From Gemmatimonadaceae bacterium (GTDB taxonomy: Bacteria > Gemmatimonadota > Gemmatimonadetes > Gemmatimonadales > Gemmatimonadaceae): a stretch of 64,000 bases of DNA. Location: assembly GCA_044224875.1 (NCBI GenBank), contig JBGAJQ010000007.1:32001-96000 (forward strand). The letters run 5' to 3'. Numbering within the stretch: the first letter of the stretch is position 1; the number at the start of each line of letters is the position of its first letter. This document shows positions 50,753 to 59,393 of this stretch, in pieces. Both the position numbers and the translations under genes were made by a program. A model generated the notes under the pieces. That model did no database searches. It saw only the letters and a program-made list of their open reading frames with translations, and was not told where the DNA came from.

Positions 50753-53700
50753 TCAGACCGGGCGGTGATCCACCTTCTGCGATGCTGGGCCAGGTGGGCG
50801 ACTCATCGTCTCGCGGACCTTGGCGAGCAGCGAGTGGACGCTGTACGGCTTCTGGAGGAACGCGACTTCAGCGTGGCTCACCCCGTGTCGCACCACGGCG
50901 TCGTCGGTATAGCCACTCATGAACAGGACACGTGTCTTCGGTGACGTCTTGCGTACCGCGTCTGCCACGGCCCGGCCGCCGATGCCGGGCATCACGACGT
51001 CCGTCATGAGCAAGTCGATGGACAGGTCGGGCTGGGCGAGGATCGTCATGGCCTCCTCACCACTCGCCGCTTCGTACACGCGATAGCCGGCGGCACGAAG
51101 GGCCCGGCAGGTCACTCGACGCACGCTCTCCTCATCCTCGACAATCAGGATCGACTCGTCGCCATGCTCGTGCTGCTCCGTCGCCGCCTGTGCAGCGGCC
51201 GGTGCCTGATAGGTGATCGCCGGCAGGTAGATCGCGAAGGTCGAGCCGCGGCCAACCTCTGAGAACACGTCGATGTGCCCGCCGCTCTGTTCCACGATGC
51301 CATGGACGACCGACAGCCCCAACCCGGTTCCTTGTCCTTGGGCTTTTGTGGTGAAGAAGGGCTCGAACACCCGCGCCCGGACGTCAGGCGACATCCCGAG
51401 TCCCGTGTCCGTGACCGCCAGCCGCACATAGCGGCCTGGCTTCGCATTGGGGAACAGCGCCAAGTGGTGGGCGTCGAGTTCGACGTTGCTCGTCTCGATG
51501 GTCAACCGGCCACCCGTCGGCATGGCGTCTCGCGCATTGACCGCCAGGTTCATGAGTACCTGGACCATATGGCCCGGGTCGACCTCCACCATGCACGATT
51601 GCCCGAGCATCGTCTGGAGTTCCACGTCCTCGCCGATGAGACGCAGGAGCATCTTCTCGGTATCGGTGACGACGCCGTTCAGGTCAAACACCCGTGGCTC
51701 GAGAACCTGTTGGCGGCTGAAGGCGAGCAGCTGGCGGGTGAGTGACGCGGCTCGGTCGCCAGCATGCCGAATCTCGCCAATCAGTGAAACCGCATCGGGG
51801 ACGTGGGCTACCGAGTGCAACAGCAGTTCGGAGTTGCCTCCGATGACCGTGAGCCAATTGTTGAAATCGTGCGCAATGCCCCCCGCCAGCCGGCCGATGG
51901 ACTCCAGTTTTTGGGACTGTTGCAGCTGAGTCTGCAGCTCCCGGCGCTCGGTGATATCCTCGGCGACGCCGGCCACGAGGATCACCGCGCCGTCAGCATC
52001 GCGAACGGGTGACGCCCGATCGTGAATCCATCGGATCGTCCCGTCGGGACGTATGACGCGATATTCCTCGTCGTAGGTCCCCAACGCTTGTTTAGTCATG
52101 GCTGCGTCCAACACCCGATCGCGATCGAATTCATGCACCGCCGCAATCCAGTCGTCGGCGGACCCATACGCGGCGGAACAGGGACGACCCCAAATCCGCT
52201 CATAGGCCGGGCTCACGTACACGATGCGAGACTTGCCGGGGTCCGTCAGCCAGAACACCTCGTGGATATTGTCGGCAAGCTGCTGAAAGCGCTCGTTGCT
52301 TTCGCGCAACGCCTGTTCATTGCGCTGCCGATCGGTGACGTCACGGAGGATCACGGTCAGCAGCCGCCGACCGTCGACAAGGACCTGTGAAATGGACGCC
52401 TCGACCGGAAACTCTTCACCGTTGGCGCGCACACCCGTCACGGGTCGGAGGGCATCCATCCGACGGTTGGTCGCGCCCGTTCGCGCAAAGCCGACCACCT
52501 GCTGGCCGTGGGAGGCAGCGAAGCGCTGCGGGATAAGAGTCGTGAGGGGCTGGCCGACCAAATCGACAGCTGAACGCATGAAGATCCGTTCCGCTGCCGC
52601 ATTCACCAGGACGATACGCTGGTCTTCATCGATGGTGATGATGCCGTCCATGGCGGCGTTGATGATCCCCGACAGCCGCGCCTCGCGTTCTTCAATCTCT
52701 TGCTCGTGGCGTTTTCGATCCGTCACATCGCGCAGCACGACCTGGATGGCTGGGCCGTCGCGATCGGAGTACGGGGCCACGCGCACCTCTACTTCGCGCG
52801 CCGTACCATCCATTCGCAGCACACGATGGGGCGGGTATGTCGAGGGCGCTCCCCGCTTGACGGCGTCGGCATCTGCCTCGACGTCCGGCCGATCGGCGGG
52901 GTGCACGATGTCGAACGCGGGCGTGCCCAGCAGCGCGCCGGCATTCGGCAAGCCCAGCAGGGCCACCCCCGCCTCGTTCGTATACACGATGCGATCGTCC
53001 CGAACGAGCATGATGGCGTCTGGGGACATCTGCACCAGGTCACGGTACCGTTGTTCAGAGGCACGGACGGTCTCCTGCGCGCGCCGTTCTTCCGTGATAT
53101 CCTCGGCAAAAATGATGATCCCACCGATGTCGCCGTTGCCCGCCCGCCACGGGTGAATTGCCCATCGTACCCAGGACGTACTGCCGTCCTGCATCTCCCA
53201 CATGTCTCCAGCGCTCGAGCGGACCGCACCCGCGAGACACTCGCGATGCACGGCCTTCCACTCTTCGGGCAAGTCCGGGTGGATGTCGTAGTGTCGGCGC
53301 CCGACCAGGTCCTGATAGCCGCGACCGAACTCTTGCTGCCAGCGGTTGCTGGCGGCCAGGTAGGTCATCTGGCGGTCCATCATGGCGATACTTACGGGCG
53401 CCTGTTCAATCAGGAGCTGCAACGTTTCCCGCGTGGCGCGCAACATCTGGTCCAGCCGCTTTCGCTCGGTGACGTCGTTCACGAAGCCATGCCACGTGAC
53501 GCCGCCGTCGGCATCGGCGACTGGCACCGAATGGCCGTACAACCAACGCTCGGACCCGTTGGATCGACGAATTCGAAACTCATCCTGCCAGGGAATCAGG
53601 CGCGTCGCCGAGTCCTCGATCGACCGGTAGACGCGTTTGCGGTCCTCCGCTAGCATGACCTCGAAGAGGCCACGAGCGTCGCGTGCCAGTTCCTCGCGAT

Positions 53701-54592
53701 CCAGTTGGAAGAGTTCTTCCATGCTGGGACTGGCGTACGGCACGCACATGGAGCCGTCTGGCCGCAGCCGGAACGAGTAAATGACGCCGGGCGCCGTCTG
53801 TGCAATGCGTGCCAGTTCATCCTGAAGTTTGAGCTGTTCTCGCAGCGCGGATTCGCCGCGCTTTTCCTCACTGACATCACGGAAGACCAACACCACCCCG
53901 TGCAGTTTGCCATCGAAATGAATGGGAGCCGCGCTGTCGGCGATGGGGGTTTGACGGCCATCACGACCGAGGAGCATGGTGTGGTTGGCCAAGCCGACTG
54001 CGTGACCGGTCTGGACAACGGATCGTACGGGATCGTCGACGGAGGCATGCGTCTCCTCGTTGACGAGACGAAAGACGTCGGAGAGCGGTTGACCGAGGGC
54101 CTCCGCATTCCGCCAACCCGTGAGAATTTCGGCGACGCCATTCAGGAACGTCACGCGGCCGGCGAGGTCTGTCGTGATGACGGCGTCGCCAATGCTGGCG
54201 AGGGTTACCTCCTGGAGCCGCCTCGCCAGCTCCGCTCGTCGTTTCGATCGCCGGGACACTTCGCTGAACACGCTGACGAGGACGCCGAGCACAATGACCA
54301 CAAGCCATTCCGTCAGCTGCATCTCAGACCGAATCGTCAGCAACCCGAACGGAGGAAGCGTGAGGTAGTCCGAGCCGAGCGCACAGAGGGCCGTTGCCAG
54401 AAGCCCGGGACCGAGGCCGCCGAAGTGTGCCGCGACAAGGATCGGGATGAGATAGATGGCCTGGGTCGACTCACCGTCGATACCGAGTTGACCCATGGCC
54501 AACCGCAGCGTGACCGTTGCGGCGCTCAAGGCGACCGCCAGGAGGTAGGGAGGCCACGGACGCCTGCGTGAGCCTTGCGACAGAATGGTCAT
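50753..54592 (-). CDS. Hybrid sensor histidine kinase (DUF4118-like TMs, about six PAS domains, HisKA, HATPase, REC)
   Basis: Repeated PAS/PAC units, LAGGIAHDFNN, NARDAM, GTGLGL, TDVVMP, FLQKP. Confidence 0.93.
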   Translation of the reverse strand: MTILSQGSRRRPWPPYLLAVALSAATVTLRLAMGQLGIDGESTQAIYLIPILVAAHFGGLGPGLLATALCALGSDYLTLPPFGLLTIRSEMQLTEWLVVIVLGVLVSVFSEVSRRSKRRAELARRLQEVTLASIGDAVITTDLAGRVTFLNGVAEILTGWRNAEALGQPLSDVFRLVNEETHASVDDPVRSVVQTGHAVGLANHTMLLGRDGRQTPIADSAAPIHFDGKLHGVVLVFRDVSEEKRGESALREQLKLQDELARIAQTAPGVIYSFRLRPDGSMCVPYASPSMEELFQLDREELARDARGLFEVMLAEDRKRVYRSIEDSATRLIPWQDEFRIRRSNGSERWLYGHSVPVADADGGVTWHGFVNDVTERKRLDQMLRATRETLQLLIEQAPVSIAMMDRQMTYLAASNRWQQEFGRGYQDLVGRRHYDIHPDLPEEWKAVHRECLAGAVRSSAGDMWEMQDGSTSWVRWAIHPWRAGNGDIGGIIIFAEDITEERRAQETVRASEQRYRDLVQMSPDAIMLVRDDRIVYTNEAGVALLGLPNAGALLGTPAFDIVHPADRPDVEADADAVKRGAPSTYPPHRVLRMDGTAREVEVRVAPYSDRDGPAIQVVLRDVTDRKRHEQEIEEREARLSGIINAAMDGIITIDEDQRIVLVNAAAERIFMRSAVDLVGQPLTTLIPQRFAASHGQQVVGFARTGATNRRMDALRPVTGVRANGEEFPVEASISQVLVDGRRLLTVILRDVTDRQRNEQALRESNERFQQLADNIHEVFWLTDPGKSRIVYVSPAYERIWGRPCSAAYGSADDWIAAVHEFDRDRVLDAAMTKQALGTYDEEYRVIRPDGTIRWIHDRASPVRDADGAVILVAGVAEDITERRELQTQLQQSQKLESIGRLAGGIAHDFNNWLTVIGGNSELLLHSVAHVPDAVSLIGEIRHAGDRAASLTRQLLAFSRQQVLEPRVFDLNGVVTDTEKMLLRLIGEDVELQTMLGQSCMVEVDPGHMVQVLMNLAVNARDAMPTGGRLTIETSNVELDAHHLALFPNAKPGRYVRLAVTDTGLGMSPDVRARVFEPFFTTKAQGQGTGLGLSVVHGIVEQSGGHIDVFSEVGRGSTFAIYLPAITYQAPAAAQAATEQHEHGDESILIVEDEESVRRVTCRALRAAGYRVYEAASGEEAMTILAQPDLSIDLLMTDVVMPGIGGRAVADAVRKTSPKTRVLFMSGYTDDAVVRHGVSHAEVAFLQKPYSVHSLLAKVRETMSRPPGPASQKVDHRPV

Positions 54593-54818
54593 GCGAAACA
54601 GGCTACCTAACGTGTGCGTTCAGACGCAAATAAGAATGCGCTCACGTGGGGATCACGAATTGAGCCCTTCGCGGTAGAGTATCGGCGCTGCTCAGAGCCC
54701 GATGATGTCGGGAACTACCCCAATACCGCGCTGCCACCCTGCGACGCGTCCACTCTGACGTTCCGCTGGACAGTGACGGCGCCTGAGTGGTGAGAAACTC
54801 CCAATGGGGGAGGAGCGC

Positions 54819-55172
54819 CTATCGCGCTCGAGCCCGTATGCGAGTGATCTGGAGCATGGGGCCCACCATCTGAATGCTCATCATGTCGTCACGGCGGCGT
54901 CCTTCGATCTCGACAGCGACTCCATCCTGCTGAAACGCCTCGGGAAGGTTCATGGCATTGTACGTGACGCCGTCATCGCCTTGGACCGTGAAGACTCCTC
55001 CCTCGACGGTCACGTGCTTGACGACCCCGACGATATGGACAGGGGTGCCGAGAGAGTCAGGAGCCGGAGTCACGATTGTCCACCCATTGCTTGGTGCGGT
55101 GCAGCTGACGGCGGCAGCAGAGAGGAATGCAGCGGCGACCAACGGCCAGAAAGGGACCGCGAATCTAGCCAT
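54819..55172 (-). CDS. Hypothetical lipoprotein (small, beta-rich)
   Basis: AVSC lipobox. Starts 3 nt after the upstream gene's stop. Confidence 0.7.
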   Translation of the reverse strand: MARFAVPFWPLVAAAFLSAAAVSCTAPSNGWTIVTPAPDSLGTPVHIVGVVKHVTVEGGVFTVQGDDGVTYNAMNLPEAFQQDGVAVEIEGRRRDDMMSIQMVGPMLQITRIRARAR

Positions 55173-55175
55173 GGG

Positions 55176-55724
55176 TTACGCTCCACTTGGAAACTGCATG
55201 GTGTACAGCGTTGCGCGCAGACGCTGGAGGTCGGCAAGGGTGCGCGCTCGGACCGTGACACGAAGCTGGCTCCCGTCCCCGATGTCGTGCCAGAGAACCG
55301 TGGTCTCGTAGTCGAAATTGCGGCGCCCCACGAGCACTGTGGCGAGTCGCTCGTTCACATAACATTCGGCACGAATAGCCGCGGTGAGGCCGTCTGCCCA
55401 CTGACGCATGTCGGAGCCGCCGGCCGTGACCTCCATTTCCATGTACAGCTGACGATCCCGTGCCGAATAGTGTCGAAGAAGGAACGTCCGGCCTTCCACG
55501 GACTTCATTTCCGGCACGACACGGAAGCGCGTGGCACCCAGTGAATCGAGCCGCCAGCCGAAGTCATCAACGGTCAGGTCCTGACAGGGGTGCTTCATGA
55601 AGGAATCGTCCGCCTCGACCACAGGCTCACCCGCCGGCGCCTGCATGGGCACATGGCGACAGCCAGTTGAAACGAGGGCCGAAGCGAGGACGAACCAGCG
55701 GGGGGCGAGGGGTCGACTCATCAT
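55176..55724 (-). CDS. Hypothetical lipoprotein
   Basis: STGC lipobox after a hydrophobic stretch. AGGAG RBS on the minus strand. Confidence 0.7.
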   Translation of the reverse strand: MMSRPLAPRWFVLASALVSTGCRHVPMQAPAGEPVVEADDSFMKHPCQDLTVDDFGWRLDSLGATRFRVVPEMKSVEGRTFLLRHYSARDRQLYMEMEVTAGGSDMRQWADGLTAAIRAECYVNERLATVLVGRRNFDYETTVLWHDIGDGSQLRVTVRARTLADLQRLRATLYTMQFPSGA

Positions 55725-55926
55725 GCGCTCCTGAAAATAGCGGATGTGAGACCCCTCCGCGGCGGGGGAGGTCCGTCACCGAAGCAATCGGGCGCTGCGG
55801 TTGGCCAGCGCTGGGCGTGCGCTCGTCCTCAGTGAACGTGGTTCGTCACCGCATGTGTGTGCCTGATGTTCCTGGCGCACAGCTTTGAGCAATCGACTTA
55901 CCCAACTTGCATCCGGGAGCACAACC

Positions 55927-56682
55927 ATGGCCCACGCATTGTCTGACTTGTTGGCAACTCCGATGGACCGGCGAGAGTTCATCACGAATTTCGGTGCTGT
56001 GGCCACCGTCGCGACGGCGGCGTGCAAGTCAACGAGAACGGAAGCCACATCCACCGGGTTGCATCCATTGGGGCTCGCAACGACTGGCAGGGATGGCGTC
56101 CTGTTCGTTCCGAGCTCATACGTTCCCGCGACGCCGCTGCCCCTGCTGGTCCTGTTGCACGGTGCCGGCGGGTCGTCCGCGAACTGGTTTGGCTCCTACG
56201 CGGCGCGTGCGGAGTCCGCGAAGTTCATACTGCTCGCCCCCGACTCGCGATTCACCACGTGGGATACCTCACTTGGTGCGTCCTTCAGTCTCGACGTTCC
56301 ATTCATCGACCTGGCGCTTCGCGAGACGTTCAAGAAGTGCGCGGTGGACGCGTCGAAGATTGCGCTGGCGGGGTTCTCTGACGGCGCTTCCTACGCGCTG
56401 TCCGTTGGCCTGGCCAACGGCGATCTGTTCGATCGGGTGATCGCCTACTCTCCCGGGTACTTCGCGGATTCAACGCGCCGCGGAAAACCGCGGATGTTCT
56501 TCTCGCACGGCACCGCCGATTCCGTGCTGCCAATTGATCGCGCAAGTCGCACGCTGGTGCCGCGATTTCGCAGTGAGGGCTACACAATCGAGTACACCGA
56601 GTTCGCCGGCGGACATGAGGTTCCCGCGACCATTTCGGATCAGGCGTTTAACTGGCTCAAGAGCGGGTGGGGGCTCGCGTAG
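55927..56682 (+). CDS. Phospholipase/carboxylesterase (alpha/beta hydrolase), possible Tat lipoprotein
   Basis: LHGAGG, GFSDG, HGTAD, FAGGH. DRREFI and AAC near the N-terminus. Start 55927 or 55963. Confidence 0.88.
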   Translation: MAHALSDLLATPMDRREFITNFGAVATVATAACKSTRTEATSTGLHPLGLATTGRDGVLFVPSSYVPATPLPLLVLLHGAGGSSANWFGSYAARAESAKFILLAPDSRFTTWDTSLGASFSLDVPFIDLALRETFKKCAVDASKIALAGFSDGASYALSVGLANGDLFDRVIAYSPGYFADSTRRGKPRMFFSHGTADSVLPIDRASRTLVPRFRSEGYTIEYTEFAGGHEVPATISDQAFNWLKSGWGLA

Positions 56683-56792
56683 GGGGCCTTCTTCCGGCGA
56701 GCACGCCAGCTGCGACGCTCAGGACGGAGCGAAACTGAAAGCAAGGAGAGGCACCTTCGCCACGCGCGTCGCCGATCCCCTAGCTTTCGAGC

Positions 56793-59132
56793 ATGCCGAC
56801 CCCTGGTTTGCACTCACAACGTCTCAAGGAAGAGTGGCTATGGGGGTGGGATCCCACGCCAGGGATAGTTTCCGTCTGGGCTGACGGTGATGGGCACGCA
56901 CTGATTTGGCGACGTCTGCCTCACTCCGGCGTGTTGGTGCGCGAGGAAGCCCGATTCCAGCCGTGGATGCTGCTGGACCAGCTGACGGATCTGGAGCATC
57001 TGGGCAACCGCTTGGCGATTGAAGGGACGTTAGGTGCCACAGTGACCTACCGGCTGCTCTCAGGTCCTGGTGCGCTGCGATACCTGGTGCAGGCGGCTCA
57101 GACCAGAGTCTTGTCGAGTGCCGTCCTGCACGGTGCGTCGAGGCGCCTTGGACGCCGCATCGGTCATCTGCGCGAGCTCTATCTCTCGTACGACCAGCTG
57201 CATCGACTGCAGTTCGACCTCGAGACCACCGGACTGGACGCGCACCACGATCGCATCTTCATGGTGGCTGTGCGGCTTCCCGACGGATCGACGGACGTGC
57301 TGGAGGCCGACGGGGCTGGGCCAGACGCCGAGGCCCGCCTCATTACCCGGTTGGTCGGCGTCATCCAAGCCGCGGATCCCGACGTGATCGAGAACCACAA
57401 TCTGCACGGCTTTGACCTGCCGTTCCTGGAGCGACGTGCGCGGGTGCTGGGCGTGCCTCTCGTCCTCGGCCGCCTTCGCCACGGAATGACGCAGCGCGCC
57501 GCGCGCCGCGGTGCCTCGAACCCGGCGGACAACCGGCGCCGCATACGGTTCGTCGCCCCGGGTCGTGAGCTCATCGACACCATGGACGCGGTGATTCGAC
57601 ACGACTTCTCAGCGCGCGATCTACCGGGCCACGGTCTCAAGGCAGTGGCTCGGCACTTCGGGATCGCGAAAGCGGATCGAGAGCAGATCCCCGGTGCGCT
57701 GATCTACGAGACGTATTGCCAGGACCCCAATCGTGTGCGCCGATACGCCGCGTCGGACGTGGAGGAGGTCGCAGGCCTCTCGCGTGTGTTAGGCGGCGCA
57801 GCGTTCGCCTTGGCCCGCATGGCACCGCGCCGGTACGAACGCTTGGCGGATGCTGGCGCCGCTACCGGAGTGATCGATCCCATGCTGGTGCGAGCGTACC
57901 TTCGCTCGGGCGAAGCGTTGCCCGCGCACGCGACCGGCCGGGATGTCGAGCACAGTGGGGCCGCTCTGCATCTCTTTGCGGCGGGTGTGGCTCAACGCGT
58001 GGTGAAAGCTGACGTCGCCAGCCTGTATCCATCCCTGATGCGTGCCTACCGGATAGGTCCCAAGCGCGACCACCTGGGCGTCTTGCTCGCTCTCGTGGAC
58101 GGGCTCGTGACCCAAAGGCTCCAGGCCAAGGCACTGGCTAGGGAAGCGCCGGCCGGATCGGCGGAGCGATTCACGCACGAGGCGATGTCGGCCGCCATGA
58201 AGATCGTGGTCAACTCGGCCTATGGATACCTCGCGGCCGGCGGTGGGCTCACGCGATTCGCGGATGTCGACGCCGCGAACGAAGTGACGCGACGCGGGCG
58301 CGAAGTGCTGGACTTGATGTGTCACGCGTTGGCCGAGCGCGGTGTCACGCTGCTGGAGGCGGACACCGACGGGGTTTACTTCGCGGTGCCCGAGTCGTGG
58401 AGTGAGCCCGATGAGCAGCGCGTGGTGGCCGACGTGGCGACCCTGTTGCCACCCCTCGTTCAGCTGGAGTTCGAAGGACGCTACCGAGCCATGCTTTCCC
58501 ACGAGCCCAAGAACTACGCATTGCTCAAGTACGATGGTGCCTTGATCCTGAAGGGTGTAGCGTTTCGCTCGAGTCGGGCGGAGCCGTTTGGCGAGACCTT
58601 CCTGCGCCGCGCCGTAGCGTGCTTGTTGGTTGGTGATATCGTCGGCGTTCGAGAGGCATACGTGCAAACCTTGTCAGCCCTCAGGCGGCGCGAGTTGTCC
58701 CTGCACGCGGTATCGTCACGCGTGCGCCTAACGAAGAGCCCCGTGCAATACGCGGCCGTCCGTGACACGCGTCGTGAGCTAACCTACGAGGCGATGCTCG
58801 CGAGTGGACGGACGCAGTGGACCGTGGGGGACCGAGTGCGCGTCTATCGCACGGCGACACGTGGCGGTGAGCGAGAAGGAGGGAGAGCGTCTGCCAGTGG
58901 CCGCGTCGTCCCATCGAGTGACGGACCCGAAGAGCAACGGGCCGTACGCGACTATGACGTAGCGCATTACGCGAGGATCTTACGAGAGTCGTTCGCCTCG
59001 CGGCTGGCGCGAGCGTTTTCCGCTGAAGACTTCGAGAGTGTGTTTGCCGATCCCGAGCAGCCGTCACTCTTCTCCACACCCATCGATCGAGTGACGACGC
59101 GCTTGACGCACTTCCGCCGCGTGACTCCCTGA
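56793..59132 (+). CDS. Family B DNA polymerase with 3'-5' exonuclease domain
   Basis: Exo motifs FDLETTG, NHNLHGFDLPFL, YAASD. Pol motifs DVASLYPS, KIVVNSAYG, ADTDG, KNYA..KG. Confidence 0.9.
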   Translation: MPTPGLHSQRLKEEWLWGWDPTPGIVSVWADGDGHALIWRRLPHSGVLVREEARFQPWMLLDQLTDLEHLGNRLAIEGTLGATVTYRLLSGPGALRYLVQAAQTRVLSSAVLHGASRRLGRRIGHLRELYLSYDQLHRLQFDLETTGLDAHHDRIFMVAVRLPDGSTDVLEADGAGPDAEARLITRLVGVIQAADPDVIENHNLHGFDLPFLERRARVLGVPLVLGRLRHGMTQRAARRGASNPADNRRRIRFVAPGRELIDTMDAVIRHDFSARDLPGHGLKAVARHFGIAKADREQIPGALIYETYCQDPNRVRRYAASDVEEVAGLSRVLGGAAFALARMAPRRYERLADAGAATGVIDPMLVRAYLRSGEALPAHATGRDVEHSGAALHLFAAGVAQRVVKADVASLYPSLMRAYRIGPKRDHLGVLLALVDGLVTQRLQAKALAREAPAGSAERFTHEAMSAAMKIVVNSAYGYLAAGGGLTRFADVDAANEVTRRGREVLDLMCHALAERGVTLLEADTDGVYFAVPESWSEPDEQRVVADVATLLPPLVQLEFEGRYRAMLSHEPKNYALLKYDGALILKGVAFRSSRAEPFGETFLRRAVACLLVGDIVGVREAYVQTLSALRRRELSLHAVSSRVRLTKSPVQYAAVRDTRRELTYEAMLASGRTQWTVGDRVRVYRTATRGGEREGGRASASGRVVPSSDGPEEQRAVRDYDVAHYARILRESFASRLARAFSAEDFESVFADPEQPSLFSTPIDRVTTRLTHFRRVTP

Positions 59133-59393
59133 TGCCTGACGTCGTTGTACGAGGGACCAGACAGGCTCCATGAGATTGGTTGGTGCTAATCGACGCCTCG
59201 CTGTGACAAGTTTGGTCATCACTATTCAACGAGATGGAGCTGTTGCACGTGTAAAGAGTTGGGTAGGGGCCTGAGCGTTGGGCTGGCGCACGTTCGGGAG
59301 TCCTGTGGGATTGTGAAGGCCATCTAATCTGTAAATGTTAGGCACGACACTGCGCGGCCGACTGCGCCGCCGCGAAAACTGCTCGGCGACACC

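Noticed and set aside
54593..54818. c-di-GMP or other riboswitch upstream of the multi-PAS kinase
   Set aside because: No GEMM or other recognisable consensus by eye.
56793..59132. Prophage, casposon or pipolin carrying the PolB
   Set aside because: No integrase, Cas1, terminal repeats or phage genes. Flanking genes are an esterase and a sensor kinase.
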